Shown here piece after piece: positions 20,565-30,705 of a stretch of 64,000 bases of DNA. The notes beneath the pieces are model-generated. The model was given only the letters and a program-made list of their open reading frames with translations, made no database searches and had not been told where the DNA came from. The stretch's first letter is position 1, and every line of letters starts with the position of its first letter. Both the position numbers and the translations under genes were made by a program. This stretch comes from an uncultured delta proteobacterium (GTDB taxonomy: Bacteria; Myxococcota_A; Polyangia; Fen-1088), in contig CAWCMR010000025.1 of the NCBI GenBank assembly GCA_963796685.1, positions 960,001-1,024,000 on the forward strand. The letters run 5' to 3'.

Positions 20565-21752
20565 GCTCGCGCGCTCCCAGAATCTACGCAAGCATATGGA
20601 TCGGGGTTGCAATCATGGCATTGACGGTGGATGCGCAGGCACATCAAAACCTATGGGTGTACCGCCTTGATGCGAAGCTACAGCAAATCGGTTTGAAAAG
20701 CTGGGCCGCGCCGGAGGGCGCTGTGCTGGCACCGCTTTTCGTCATGCCAGGGGGAGAGATCGTGGCGCTGGTGCAGCCGCCAACCCCGGCCCCTCTTCTA
20801 CTCATGCGCTGGAGCACAGAAGGCAAGGAACTGCTACGGCGACCGCTCCCGGCGCGCGAGGCGTTCGACGTGACGGCAACGACCGATCGGAACCTGGTCA
20901 TCGTGACAGGCTCCGAGCTGTTGCGCGTCTCGACTGCGGATGGGGAGGCCGTTGCGCGCCACCCGCTGCCTTTTCCGGCCAAGTCGGCCTCCGCCGTGAA
21001 GGCCTCTGTGGGCGGCGCCTGGTTTGCCTTTTCCGATCGTCTCGTCCACGTGCGCTTCGACGCCCAGGACACGACCCTGACGTTTCCGCTCACCAAGTTG
21101 CCCGGAGGCAGACTGCGCGCAAGGCGGCCTATGTCAGAAGGTCGAGGCCGAGCACGGGATTCTTGCCCTCACAGATGATGGATGTCTCGTGACCGAATAC
21201 GCAACCCACGAATTCAAGGTCAAAGGGAAATACACGCCCGATACAGCGACCGTGACGGTCCTGACATCGATCACAGCCACGGGCAAATCACAGGCGCAGA
21301 TCCAGATTGGAAAAGTGACCAGTAGCCTCGAGTGGTTCTGGTCAGAGAAAGGCGGCCCGAGCAACCCATCTTTCATACCAAGTAACATGGGCCTCGCGCG
21401 AAGCCGATATGACAGCGATGATAGTGTTGTCAGTCCCGCCCCTCTCGCCGATGGCGGGGTTCTCCTCCTAACGCGTCAGGACAGGGCGCTTGTTCGACTC
21501 GATCGCTCGCTTCGAAGAGTCTGGCTACACAAGGTCGATGATGAGTTCGGAACCGACTTCTCGCCACCTTGGACAAGCAGCATTCTCTTCCTTCCCGGAG
21601 GGGGAACCTTTATTGAGATATCCCCCGATGGGCGCCGGCACCGCGAGGGCTACTACTACGATGAAGTTCCCAAGTCCCGCACTGAACGGACACCGATCCG
21701 GGTCGCAGCTGGTCAAGACCAGGCGGGCGAATGGCTGATCGTCAATTACTGA
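20543..21752 (+). CDS. Secreted beta-propeller-like protein, copy 2 (candidate immunity), same +1 frameshift at ~21081-21131
   Basis: Tandem paralog of copy 1 with the same signal peptide and C-terminus EWLIVNY. Confidence 0.7.
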
Positions 21753-21769
21753 AGGCCAAGTATCCCGGA

Positions 21770-22930
21770 TCAGGCTGCGCTTGCAGTGGCGTTCCGAAGC
21801 GACAAGGTGCAGGGGCCTTTCGGCGCCTCCTCGATGCGTAGCTGGTTCTTGTCCGTCGTGCCTTCCTGCTGGCTTCCATCGTTGAACTTGAGCTCGTAGT
21901 GCAGCCCCTCCACAGACTTGCCTTGCTCGTCGACGAAGACAAGCGACAGCAAAGCCGTTTGCACCTCGGGCGGACCAGCCGGGGCTGCAGGCGAAGGTGG
22001 CTCGTCGGGGACATCATCGTCGGGGGAGGACGGCGCGGCGCCGGATCCCACTGGCTCGTGCACGTCGAGCAGTCGGAGCTTGCACTGGCCAGGATCGATG
22101 TCGTGGTTCGCCCACAGCCCGCCGCCATCGCCGAAGTCGCCCGTCACGACGGTACCATCGGGCAGCTCGATCTCGTAGCGACCCGCGCACGCATGGCCTG
22201 CCTCGTTCACCGCCTCGATCTCGATCCACTCCGGCTTCCTCAGCATCGCCTTCATCCGCGACGGCGTGATGGGGTCGTCCGGCACCGAGCTCGAGAACGA
22301 TGGAGCGTTGCTGCGGCGAAGAAGAACCACGCCATTCGGAAACAAGGGTGGCCGCCAATCCGAGGCAAGCACGTCGCCAGCCCTGCGCAGCAGACTGGAC
22401 AGGTCCTTATCGGCGCCGGAGCTCTTGGCCAGCTCATCCAGAACCTGGACGGCGCTGGCATGGGGGACCACCTCGTAGCTATTTCGGTCGGGTAGGCGGG
22501 TCAGATCTTGGTCCGCGACCAGCTTGTAGTGTCGTCCGGCGTTGCTCAACCGACGGTGGGTTCTGCGCTCGATTTCCCGCACCAACTGGCGCTGCTCGGC
22601 GGTGCTGTCTTGCGCCACTGCCGAACCATCCGCCCTGGAAAGGACAACCAGGCTGCAGTTCCGAATGGCGTCACCGATCATGGCCAGAAGCGCCTGATCC
22701 GTGATCGACGAAAGCGGAAAGCTCGTCAGCCGAACTTCGCGTGCGAAGGTGCGGACGCTTACCAGATCTTGCCGCCTGATCTGAGCGACCAAGGGATATC
22801 CCCGCCTTGGGGACAAGGATTGAAAGGCGTCCCCTCGACACAAGCGTATGGCGTCGGTAGCTCGCACCAAGACGAGCTGCTCCGTGTGCCAAGATGGCGA
22901 CAGCAAGAGCGATGGACACTCGAGAGCCAT
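21770..22930 (-). CDS. Hypothetical protein with two C-terminal transthyretin-like (carboxypeptidase regulatory-like) modules
   Basis: WIEIEAVNEAGH...YEIELPDGTVVTG...IDPGQCKL and LVFVDEQGKSV...YELKFNDGSQQEGTTD...GPCTL. Confidence 0.75.
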   Translation of the reverse strand: MALECPSLLLSPSWHTEQLVLVRATDAIRLCRGDAFQSLSPRRGYPLVAQIRRQDLVSVRTFAREVRLTSFPLSSITDQALLAMIGDAIRNCSLVVLSRADGSAVAQDSTAEQRQLVREIERRTHRRLSNAGRHYKLVADQDLTRLPDRNSYEVVPHASAVQVLDELAKSSGADKDLSSLLRRAGDVLASDWRPPLFPNGVVLLRRSNAPSFSSSVPDDPITPSRMKAMLRKPEWIEIEAVNEAGHACAGRYEIELPDGTVVTGDFGDGGGLWANHDIDPGQCKLRLLDVHEPVGSGAAPSSPDDDVPDEPPSPAAPAGPPEVQTALLSLVFVDEQGKSVEGLHYELKFNDGSQQEGTTDKNQLRIEEAPKGPCTLSLRNATASAA

Positions 22931-23016
22931 GGCTGCATTCTACGCAATCTCCGGGCCGCTGGGTAGGGCTTGTGTAGGTGTCTCGAACACCGTCACAAGG
23001 GTGTGCTATCAGACAG

Positions 23017-23919
23017 ATGGAATTGAGCGCCCCTCGCCACTCGTCCGGTACCACCCAGCACGCCTCGCTAACTGCGCTGGCTTCATCCTGTCTGTTCGCC
23101 ACCATGGCCATGGTGGTACGCCTGGCATCGCACAACATTCCCGGTCCCGAGGTCGCGTTGGTGCGCTTCGCGGCTGGCATCGCCGCAGTCGTCGTTGCGC
23201 TCGCCGTTCTCCGCGTCGAGCTGAGGCCACAGCGTTGGGGATGGCTCATTTCACGGGGCGTGTTCGGCGGCACGGCGGCCCTGCTCTACTTCGCCTGCAT
23301 CGCGAGGATTGGCGTGGGCATGGCCACCCTGCTCAACTACACGGCGCCGGTGTGGTCCATGATGTTCGCCTGGTTGTTCCTGCACGAACGCCCAGGTAGA
23401 CAGGCCTTTGTTGCGCTTCCCATGACCCTGGTCGGAGTCGCGCTCGTGACCAGCGCCCGCGCCGGCACGTGGCACCTCGGGATTTGGGAAAGCGTGGCCG
23501 TGCTTTCCGCCATTCTATCGGGCATGGCCATCACCTCGATTCGTGCCACGCGCAGGGAAGGCACCGACGGGACCCCGCGCGAGAGCAGTTGGACCGTCTT
23601 CGCGTCGTTCACCACACTGGGTTTCTTCGCCGCGCTGCCGACGGTGTTTTCGCCGCTGGGTAGCTGGGTCTCCCCCACGGCACGCGAGTGGTTGCTCCTT
23701 CTGATGTGCGGCGGACTGAGCGTTACGGCCCAGCTTCTGATGACCAAGGCCCTGGGCAAGCTGACTGCAGTCGGCCTGGGCATCATCCAGCAAGCGACGG
23801 TCGTGCTGACCATGGTCGGGGGCATCGCCTTCTTCGGCGAAACCCTCACTCTACGCTCAGCCGCGGGCAGCATCGTCACGCTGACCGGCGTGGTGTGGTC
23901 CGTGCGTTCGAAGCGTTGA
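23017..23919 (+). CDS. DMT/EamA family transporter
   Basis: About 10 TM helices; ATLLNYTAPVW..FAWLFLHER; FFGETL. Confidence 0.9.
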   Translation: MELSAPRHSSGTTQHASLTALASSCLFATMAMVVRLASHNIPGPEVALVRFAAGIAAVVVALAVLRVELRPQRWGWLISRGVFGGTAALLYFACIARIGVGMATLLNYTAPVWSMMFAWLFLHERPGRQAFVALPMTLVGVALVTSARAGTWHLGIWESVAVLSAILSGMAITSIRATRREGTDGTPRESSWTVFASFTTLGFFAALPTVFSPLGSWVSPTAREWLLLLMCGGLSVTAQLLMTKALGKLTAVGLGIIQQATVVLTMVGGIAFFGETLTLRSAAGSIVTLTGVVWSVRSKR

Positions 23920-24040
23920 AACGCCCTTGGCGGGGCCGTGATGGGATAGACTGCGCCTTGTGGTATTCGCGAGGACCGCCGCCATTACCGAACACGAAGG
24001 CGGGCGAGAGACGCCAAACCGCTCGAAGAAGGAGATCACC

Positions 24041-25444
24041 ATGAACAACGCACAGCCACCGTTCGCCACGAACGCCTCCTATCCGATCAGGCTGACCAAT
24101 GACCTGGAGTTCTTTGTCGATGGCGAGGAGTCCTTCGCTGCGATCGCGGCGGCCGTCGAACAGGCGCAGAGGTATGTCTACATCACCTGTTGCTACACGA
24201 GCCTCAATTTCCGAATGCGGCCCCCTGCCCAGGAACAGCTGCTGGATCTCTGCCACCGAACGGCGACGCGCGGCGTCCGCGTGGCCCTGCTCTTTTGGCA
24301 GCCGGTGACCCTGACTGGTCAGCCCGACACGGGGGTTGGGGGAACCGTCCCCTACACGCTGCTAGGCACGATCAAGGAGTATGCGCCGGGTGTGCTTGCC
24401 CGCTGGGACCAAGCCAAGGGAATGGGAATTTACCCGGACAAAGCCAGCTGTCACCACCAGAAGACCTTCGTGATTGACGGCCAAGTAGCCTTCGTTGGTG
24501 GCATCAACATGACCCAGGAGTACTGGGACACTCCCGCCCACAAGCCCAACGACGAGCGGCGTATATCCTACGATCTCGTCGATCAGCAGCAGCGCCAGAC
24601 GCGGGCCCAAAGTCCACAGGTGCTCCCCCTACACGACATGTTCTGTCGCTTTGCCGGGCCGGCCGTGGGAGATGTCGAGGCCAACTTCGTCGAACGGTGG
24701 AACGGTGCCACCCGGAAAGAGGATGCACCCGACCTGTCCGACATTCCTGGTGGCGCACAGCCCCCGTCCGGGACCCAAATCCAGGTCCTTCGTACCATCG
24801 CTCCGCACACCTACCCCCATACCGCAGCCGGGGAGCAAAGCATCGAAGAAGCGATCGTCAATGCCCTGAGAGGCGCAAAGAGCTCGGTCTACTTCGAGAA
24901 TCAGTACTTCTTCGACCCCGACGTCGTTGGCGCGCTTCGGTCAGCAGCGATGCGTGGCGTTCGCATCGTGGGGCTTCTTACTCGAGCTCCCGACGCAGGC
25001 CAACTCATGGGTCGGGTGGAACACGTGCTCGAGTTGCCAGCAGTCCAAACCTTCCAATGGACCTTGGGCGATCCCCATATCAAGGAACAAGTGCAACTCT
25101 ATTCGCCCTATACCGAGGGCTCGGCCCCCAACAAAGACATCTACGTTCACGCCAAAGTGATGATCGTCGACGACCGCTACGTGATTGTCGGCAGCGCCAA
25201 TATCAGCTTCACCAGCATGGATTTTCACTCCGAGATGTGCGTATTGGTCGACGACGCGCGGCGGGCTCTTGCACTCCGACGACGCTTGTTTGCTGAGCAC
25301 CTCTGTCTTTCGGAGAGCCAAATTCCCGAGGAATTTGGACAAGGCGCAGACGTCTGGCACCAACACGGCGCGGCGAATGCTGTGGCTCTCCAGTCGGGCC
25401 AAGTACTCCGCAGTCGAGTCGTCCCTCTTGAGGCGTCCCTGTGA
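24041..25444 (+). CDS. Phospholipase D family protein (two HKD motifs)
   Basis: HQKTFVIDGQVAFVGGIN and HAKVMIVDDRYVIVGSAN; YFENQYF; SD AAGGAG. Confidence 0.9.
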   Translation: MNNAQPPFATNASYPIRLTNDLEFFVDGEESFAAIAAAVEQAQRYVYITCCYTSLNFRMRPPAQEQLLDLCHRTATRGVRVALLFWQPVTLTGQPDTGVGGTVPYTLLGTIKEYAPGVLARWDQAKGMGIYPDKASCHHQKTFVIDGQVAFVGGINMTQEYWDTPAHKPNDERRISYDLVDQQQRQTRAQSPQVLPLHDMFCRFAGPAVGDVEANFVERWNGATRKEDAPDLSDIPGGAQPPSGTQIQVLRTIAPHTYPHTAAGEQSIEEAIVNALRGAKSSVYFENQYFFDPDVVGALRSAAMRGVRIVGLLTRAPDAGQLMGRVEHVLELPAVQTFQWTLGDPHIKEQVQLYSPYTEGSAPNKDIYVHAKVMIVDDRYVIVGSANISFTSMDFHSEMCVLVDDARRALALRRRLFAEHLCLSESQIPEEFGQGADVWHQHGAANAVALQSGQVLRSRVVPLEASL

Positions 25445-25461
25445 GGCTCACGACTCCATTC

Positions 25462-26349
25462 CTACCAGGTCATGCAGAAGTGCATGTGTGATGCGTGTTG
25501 CACGATGGACTGGCATGTTCCGGCCGTGCAGTGCGTGCTCTCACAATCCGAATCGGCACTGCAATCGGACCCCACCGGCAAGTCATAGGTCCCGGCTCCT
25601 GGCGCGCACACGTAACCGGCATCGGGGGAGCAGGTATGGGAGGCGCACTCTTCACCGCGGTAACACCGCTCTCCATCGGCCAACAGGCGTACGCAGGCGT
25701 GCGGCGCGGACGAGAGATCCATGGGCCGGCAGACCAGGCCGTCGGCAACGGAGCAGTAGTGGCCGGTAGGGTTCGGGGAAAGGTAGTCGGAAAAGGATTC
25801 ACCGAGGGTGGCCGAGCACGAGTCGCCCTCTTTGCCCGGCAGCATCTGGTAGCAGGCGGCCCCGATTCCCGGTTTGCAATCCGTGGTCGCCTGGGGAATG
25901 CTCGCGCAATCAGCGGTGGCCTGGCAGGTGGCCCCTGGGGCGAGCACACCGTCGGGCTCGGACCACAGCCGGGAGCAGGCCGAGGTCGGGTCTGGGGGCC
26001 AGAACTCCGGCATGCAGGATGACGTGCTCGCGGATTGAGATAGTTCCGCGAGACAGGCGGACCGCAGACCAGGATCGTGGGAGAAGCCGTGCCCAAGCAG
26101 GTTCGATGTACAGACCGACTTGTGCTCCGCGGCGGTGTGCTGTGGCTCGGTGGCGTTGCGAATACGCCTGCAGCAGTCGGCCGCCTGAGCGCAGGCTTGG
26201 TCGACGAAATCCTGATCGGCTGCGGTCGGCTGCCAGCAACCACCATCGCATGCCACCGTGTTTCCAGGTTTTGTCGCGCTCGAGCCTCCACATCCGGCCA
26301 AGGCTCCCAGAGCGAATATCGCGGTCGACGCTGCCGAGAACGCTCTCAT
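25462..26349 (-). CDS. Cys-rich lipoprotein
   Basis: Lipobox LAGC; many Cys-rich modules. Confidence 0.75.
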   Translation of the reverse strand: MRAFSAASTAIFALGALAGCGGSSATKPGNTVACDGGCWQPTAADQDFVDQACAQAADCCRRIRNATEPQHTAAEHKSVCTSNLLGHGFSHDPGLRSACLAELSQSASTSSCMPEFWPPDPTSACSRLWSEPDGVLAPGATCQATADCASIPQATTDCKPGIGAACYQMLPGKEGDSCSATLGESFSDYLSPNPTGHYCSVADGLVCRPMDLSSAPHACVRLLADGERCYRGEECASHTCSPDAGYVCAPGAGTYDLPVGSDCSADSDCESTHCTAGTCQSIVQHASHMHFCMTW

Positions 26350-26579
26350 GGCAACCATTGTAGGCGAAAACGACCGCTGGTCCAAGACGCCTCGATGACT
26401 GGAAGTCTTTGCAGCGGGCGTTCCTGATCCGCGGAAAGCCCTCCCAAGACGAGTCGAGGTAGCGGCGGGTCGGCTCGGATGGATAGAGCAGACAAAGTCT
26501 ATATAGGTCTAGAATACTAACTGCATTCCCGGTACATTACCGTCGGGCCAGCACCTCCGCCCACGCAAAGGAAAATGTA

Positions 26580-27134
26580 ATGACAATGCTCCGTGCAGTG
26601 CTTGCCGCCGCCATCCTCAACGTTTCGGCTTGTGCATCTGTCCCTATGGCCCCTGACAATTGGGACTCCACGGCCAAGGCATTTGCTCCCCCGCCTCCTG
26701 ATCGGGCCCACGTCTATGTCTATCGAAACGAGTCGTTTGGCGGCGCCGTGAAGATGGATCTTTTCATGGACGGGTTGCCGGCCGGCACCACGGTATCGAA
26801 AACCTTTGCGCTCGTGCCGGTTCGGCCCGGACCGCACAAATTCGTGTCGAAGGCGGAAAATGACTCCGAGCTTCCTCTCATTGCCCAACCTGGACAGAAC
26901 ATCTTCATCTGGCAAGAGGTGAAGATGGGGTTTCTCTACGCGCGAAACAAGCTGCAACTGGTATCGCCGCAGCAGGGGCAAGCAGGCGTACTCGAGTGCA
27001 AGCTCATCGCCGCGCCACCGCCGCAGCTCCCACCGTTGCTGCCGGCGGCCCCCCCTCCCGCGGCACCGCCGCAGCCGCCCGCCATGCCGCCACCGCCTTC
27101 GGCAGCGGTGATTCCTGCCGCGCCAAATTCCTAG
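26580..27134 (+). CDS. DUF2846-domain lipoprotein with Pro-rich tail
   Basis: VSACASVPMA...RAHVYVYRNESFGGAVKMD...IWQEVKMG. Confidence 0.85.
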   Translation: MTMLRAVLAAAILNVSACASVPMAPDNWDSTAKAFAPPPPDRAHVYVYRNESFGGAVKMDLFMDGLPAGTTVSKTFALVPVRPGPHKFVSKAENDSELPLIAQPGQNIFIWQEVKMGFLYARNKLQLVSPQQGQAGVLECKLIAAPPPQLPPLLPAAPPPAAPPQPPAMPPPPSAAVIPAAPNS

Positions 27135-27211
27135 CGTGGAGATCCCCCGGCTCCCCTTCTGACGCAACAACGGGTCCCTCCTCAGGAGCGAAACCTGCTT
27201 CCGAAAGGGAC

Positions 27212-28143
27212 ATGCACATGCATCGAGAACGCAATTACGTCTTCGCCATCGCATCGACCTTCGTTGGATTCCTCGCCGCTGCGCCTGTGCATGCCGGGAC
27301 GGGCACGTATGGCAAGATCAACCAAAGCGACTGGCAGCAGGAGCGCAACCCCGACAGGAACCGATCAGAACACGCCCTCGAGCGGAACCACGCACCAGTC
27401 CTGGAAGAACAGTTGCTATACGGTCTATGAAACCTTCGCGTTGTCCGGTGTCGGCCACGCGGTGTCGGTGGATGGAGCCACGCTTGCCGCCTACTTCGGC
27501 ATCGGCAAGGCCGGCAACCAGGATCGAGAAACGGCGGCTTGTCCCGGTGCCGTTCCCGGCGGCGGCAGCGGCGGTGGCACGGGTGGTTCGACGGGAACGG
27601 GCGGTTCGACCGGCGCAGGGGGGGACGACCGGAGCTGGCGGGGCCAGCGACGGCGGGGCCGGCGGAACAGATGGTGGGCGTGACGCCAGCGCGCAAGGTA
27701 GCGGCGGCACGCAAGGGACCGGTGGCACCAGCTCGGACGGCGGGAGCACCGGAAGCGGTGGCGCCAGCTCTGGCGGTGGTGGCGTCCAGGGGACCGGCGG
27801 CACCAGCCCTGGCGGCGGAAGCACCGGAAGCGGTGGCGCACAAGGTGGAACCGGCGGGAGCGGCGGCAGCGGCGGCAATGGCGGCCGCACCGGCAGCAGT
27901 GGCGCATCTGAATCTGGCGGCAGCATGGGCAACAGCGGCGCATCCGCCAAGGGAGGAGGCAGCGGCGCGGGTGGAACCGGCGCGCAAGGTGGAGCCCCAG
28001 GAACCGGCGGCGGTTCGGTCGCCGAGGGAGCGACCAACAGCGGATGCAGTTGCACGGTCGGCGGCCGAGCCGAGTCCTCGGTTGTCCAGATGGCGTCGCT
28101 CCTGATCGCGCTCGGCCTACTTTACCGACGGCGCCGCGGGTAG
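27212..28143 (+). pseudogene. PHB-depolymerase/CE1-type esterase with MYXO-CTERM tail; catalytic core deleted, two frame breaks
   Basis: Signal peptide and KINQSDW are joined directly to the C-terminal [25 protein letters not shown]; no GxSxG; ends GCSC..LLIALGLLYRRRRG. Confidence 0.6.
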
Positions 28144-28243
28144 ATTGTCGCGGGTTGTGCTTCGCCCGTCGAGGGGCTTGGCGGGGAGCCAAGTTCGGCG
28201 GACAATGGACGCGTCCACTCTAATGAATCGGCCGGAGAACCTC

Positions 28244-29563
28244 ATGGGCAAGGCGAAGATCGTGAGCTTCATCCTACTCGGCGCTCTCCTCGGCGCGGGA
28301 TGCAGCAGTGGCAGCGACAACCGGCAAGGCAGCGGCGGCACCACCGCCGTGGGCGGCGCGCTGTCCTCTGGCGGAATCCTCGGCCAGGGCGCGTCCGGCG
28401 GCGCATCCAGCACCGGCGGTACATCAGAGCGTGGAGGCTCATCGAGCTCAAACGGTGGCGCGCCGGGCACGGGTGGCTCGAAGGGATCAGGGGGGACTGC
28501 GGCAGGTGGCGTTTCTGGGAGCGCCACGGCAGCGTGGTCCATGGGCTACTACGCCAGCTGGGCACCCGACCAATACCCCATCTCGGAGATCGAATGGTCC
28601 GGGCTGACCCATATTGCGATGGCGTTCTACCTGCCCAACCAAGACGGCTCCATGACCCTTGCTGGAGGCAACGCCAAGCTCGCGACCGATCTCATCGCGG
28701 CGGCCCATGTCCACGGCGTGAAGGCCATCGCCTCCATCGGCGGCTCCGATTCTCAGACCGCCTTCAAGCAGGCCACGGCGAGCGGAACCGCCGCCACGTT
28801 CGCGGCCAACCTCGTTTCATTGTTGACGACCGCCGGCTACGACGGCATCGACATCGACTGGGAGCCCATGGACAAAACCGACGAGCCGGCGGTGATCGAC
28901 CTTGCCAATCGCCTCCGCAAGGCCCAGCCCGGCGCGCTTCTGACCATTCCCATCGGCGAGATCAACGTCAACTTGGGTGCCGACTTGTCGGGCTTCGCCG
29001 CCATCGCTGCCGTCTACGACCAACTCAACATCATGTCCTACGGCCAGGCCGGGGCGTGGCAGGGCTGGAAGAGCTGGCACTCGAGCGCGCTCTACCAGAC
29101 CGACTCGGCCACGCCCACGTCGATCGATTCGACGGTGAAGCTCTATCTCGCGGCATCCGTCCCGGCCGCCAAGCTCGGCATCGGTATCGGCTTCTACGGC
29201 CTGTGCTATTCGTCGCCCGTGACCGGTCCCGACCAGACCCTCGACGGTTCCACGCTGGTCGCCGGCGACGGAACCATTTCCTATGCCAATATCGTGACCG
29301 AGTACTACGGCGCCGACGCCCGCCAGTGGGATTCCCTGGCCCGGGTTCCCTACCTGTCTTTCACGTCGGCGCACGCGCCGGACGGCTGCACCTACATTTC
29401 CTACGACGACGAGCAGTCCATCGCCGAGAAGGGCGCCTACGTCAAGGCCCAGGGGCTGGGCGGCGTCATCCAGTGGGAGCTTAACGAGGGCTACCTCTCG
29501 TCGGCACCGGCCGGGCAACGCAATCCCTTGCTCAAAGCCGTCTCGGCAAGCGTCCTTCACTGA
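28244..29563 (+). CDS. GH18 chitinase-like lipoprotein
   Basis: Lipobox GAGC; ASIGG; YDGIDIDWEP; NIMSY; ISYDD; GLGGVIQWEL. Confidence 0.9.
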   Translation: MGKAKIVSFILLGALLGAGCSSGSDNRQGSGGTTAVGGALSSGGILGQGASGGASSTGGTSERGGSSSSNGGAPGTGGSKGSGGTAAGGVSGSATAAWSMGYYASWAPDQYPISEIEWSGLTHIAMAFYLPNQDGSMTLAGGNAKLATDLIAAAHVHGVKAIASIGGSDSQTAFKQATASGTAATFAANLVSLLTTAGYDGIDIDWEPMDKTDEPAVIDLANRLRKAQPGALLTIPIGEINVNLGADLSGFAAIAAVYDQLNIMSYGQAGAWQGWKSWHSSALYQTDSATPTSIDSTVKLYLAASVPAAKLGIGIGFYGLCYSSPVTGPDQTLDGSTLVAGDGTISYANIVTEYYGADARQWDSLARVPYLSFTSAHAPDGCTYISYDDEQSIAEKGAYVKAQGLGGVIQWELNEGYLSSAPAGQRNPLLKAVSASVLH

Positions 29564-29744
29564 GAAGCGGGCACACGCCTGCGAGCAACCGGACCGCTCG
29601 TTCCTGCTGCGCCTCCCAGACCTTGGCCGTCGTCCGCGCGCGTTGTTTGCATTTCTTGGGATTCCGCGAGGCCCCCACGCGAAGGCCGTAGGCAAACCAT
29701 CTGAGCTCGTGTGTTCTTTCACCAAAAACCAAGGAGACGAACGC

Positions 29745-30705
29745 ATGATCCGCAGAGGAACGATTCTCGCACTGTTGGGCTTGTCCACGATCATTTCCGC
29801 GCGCGCGATGGGCATGGCCAGTGCCGAGCTGTACGCCACGCAGTCCTACACATACGGGCGTTTCGAGGCTCGTATCCAGCACGCGCCGGGTGACGGCGTC
29901 GTCAGCTCCTTCTTCTTGTGGAAAGACGGATCCGAGGTCGCGGGGGCGTACTGGAACGAGCTCGATTTCGAGAAGGTCGGGGCCGACTGCAGCATGACCA
30001 CCAACGCCCGATACGGCACCGCTGCTTCGAATCACTCGAAGACCAACGCCATGCCAGGCAACAGCTGCGCGGAATATCACACCTACGGAATCGACTGGAC
30101 GCCAAGCTACATCGCGTGGTCGGTCGACGGCAGCGAATTCCGTCGCGACACGGGCGACACGGCCACGGCCTTCAGCGAGAACGCGTCGGCCGGTATGACG
30201 ATTCACTTCAACATCTGGCCCGGCAACTCCAGCTTCGGGGGAAATATCGACAACACGACCTTGCCGGTGCGCGAGTACATCGAGCTGGGTGCAGTACTCG
30301 TCGTACGACAACGGCGCGTTCCAAGTGCAGTGGCGCCAGGAGTTCCAGGATCCGGGGATCCCGACGGGCTGGGCAGTCGGTAACTGGGCCTCTGCGTACA
30401 ACCTTTCGACCCACAATCCGCAGAACGTTGGCCTCGTCGATGGCATCGCGGTATTGTCTCTGACCGCAGACGGTGCGACGGGTGACCCAGGAACCCCGCC
30501 AGCCGACGACGGCACCACCTCCATCGGCGGCACGGGCGGGTCCACGAGCTCGACGGGAGGTTCTTCGGGCGCCGGCAACGGTGGTAGCTCCGGTGGCTGC
30601 AGCGTGGAACCCGGTTCGAGAAGAGTCGGGCTTGGACCGCTTTCACTCCTTATGCTTGCGGTTTGGCCGTGGCTGCGAGTCCGGCCGAGACGGAGGCGAT
30701 CCTGA
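29745..30705 (+). CDS. GH16 beta-glucanase with MYXO-CTERM-like tail, +1 frameshift at ~30282
   Basis: YGRFEARI..GVVSSFFLW; WNELDFE; YHTYGIDWTP; corrected frame YISWVQY; ends GGCSV...RPRRRRS. Confidence 0.8.

Larger units (their letters stand above)
19373..21752 (+). repeat. Tandem direct duplication, unit about 1188 bp
   Basis: Near-identical 5' halves; synonymous and some nonsynonymous changes in the 3' halves. Confidence 0.9.

Noticed and set aside
26490-26525. AT-rich GTCTA-N5-GTCTA / TAGAAT element
   Set aside because: Plausible promoter for the DUF2846 gene, but no assignable regulator or second copy
29685-29725. GTAGGCAAACCAT resembling a c-di-GMP-I riboswitch
   Set aside because: The GAAA stem-loop and GACGCAAAGC that should follow are absent
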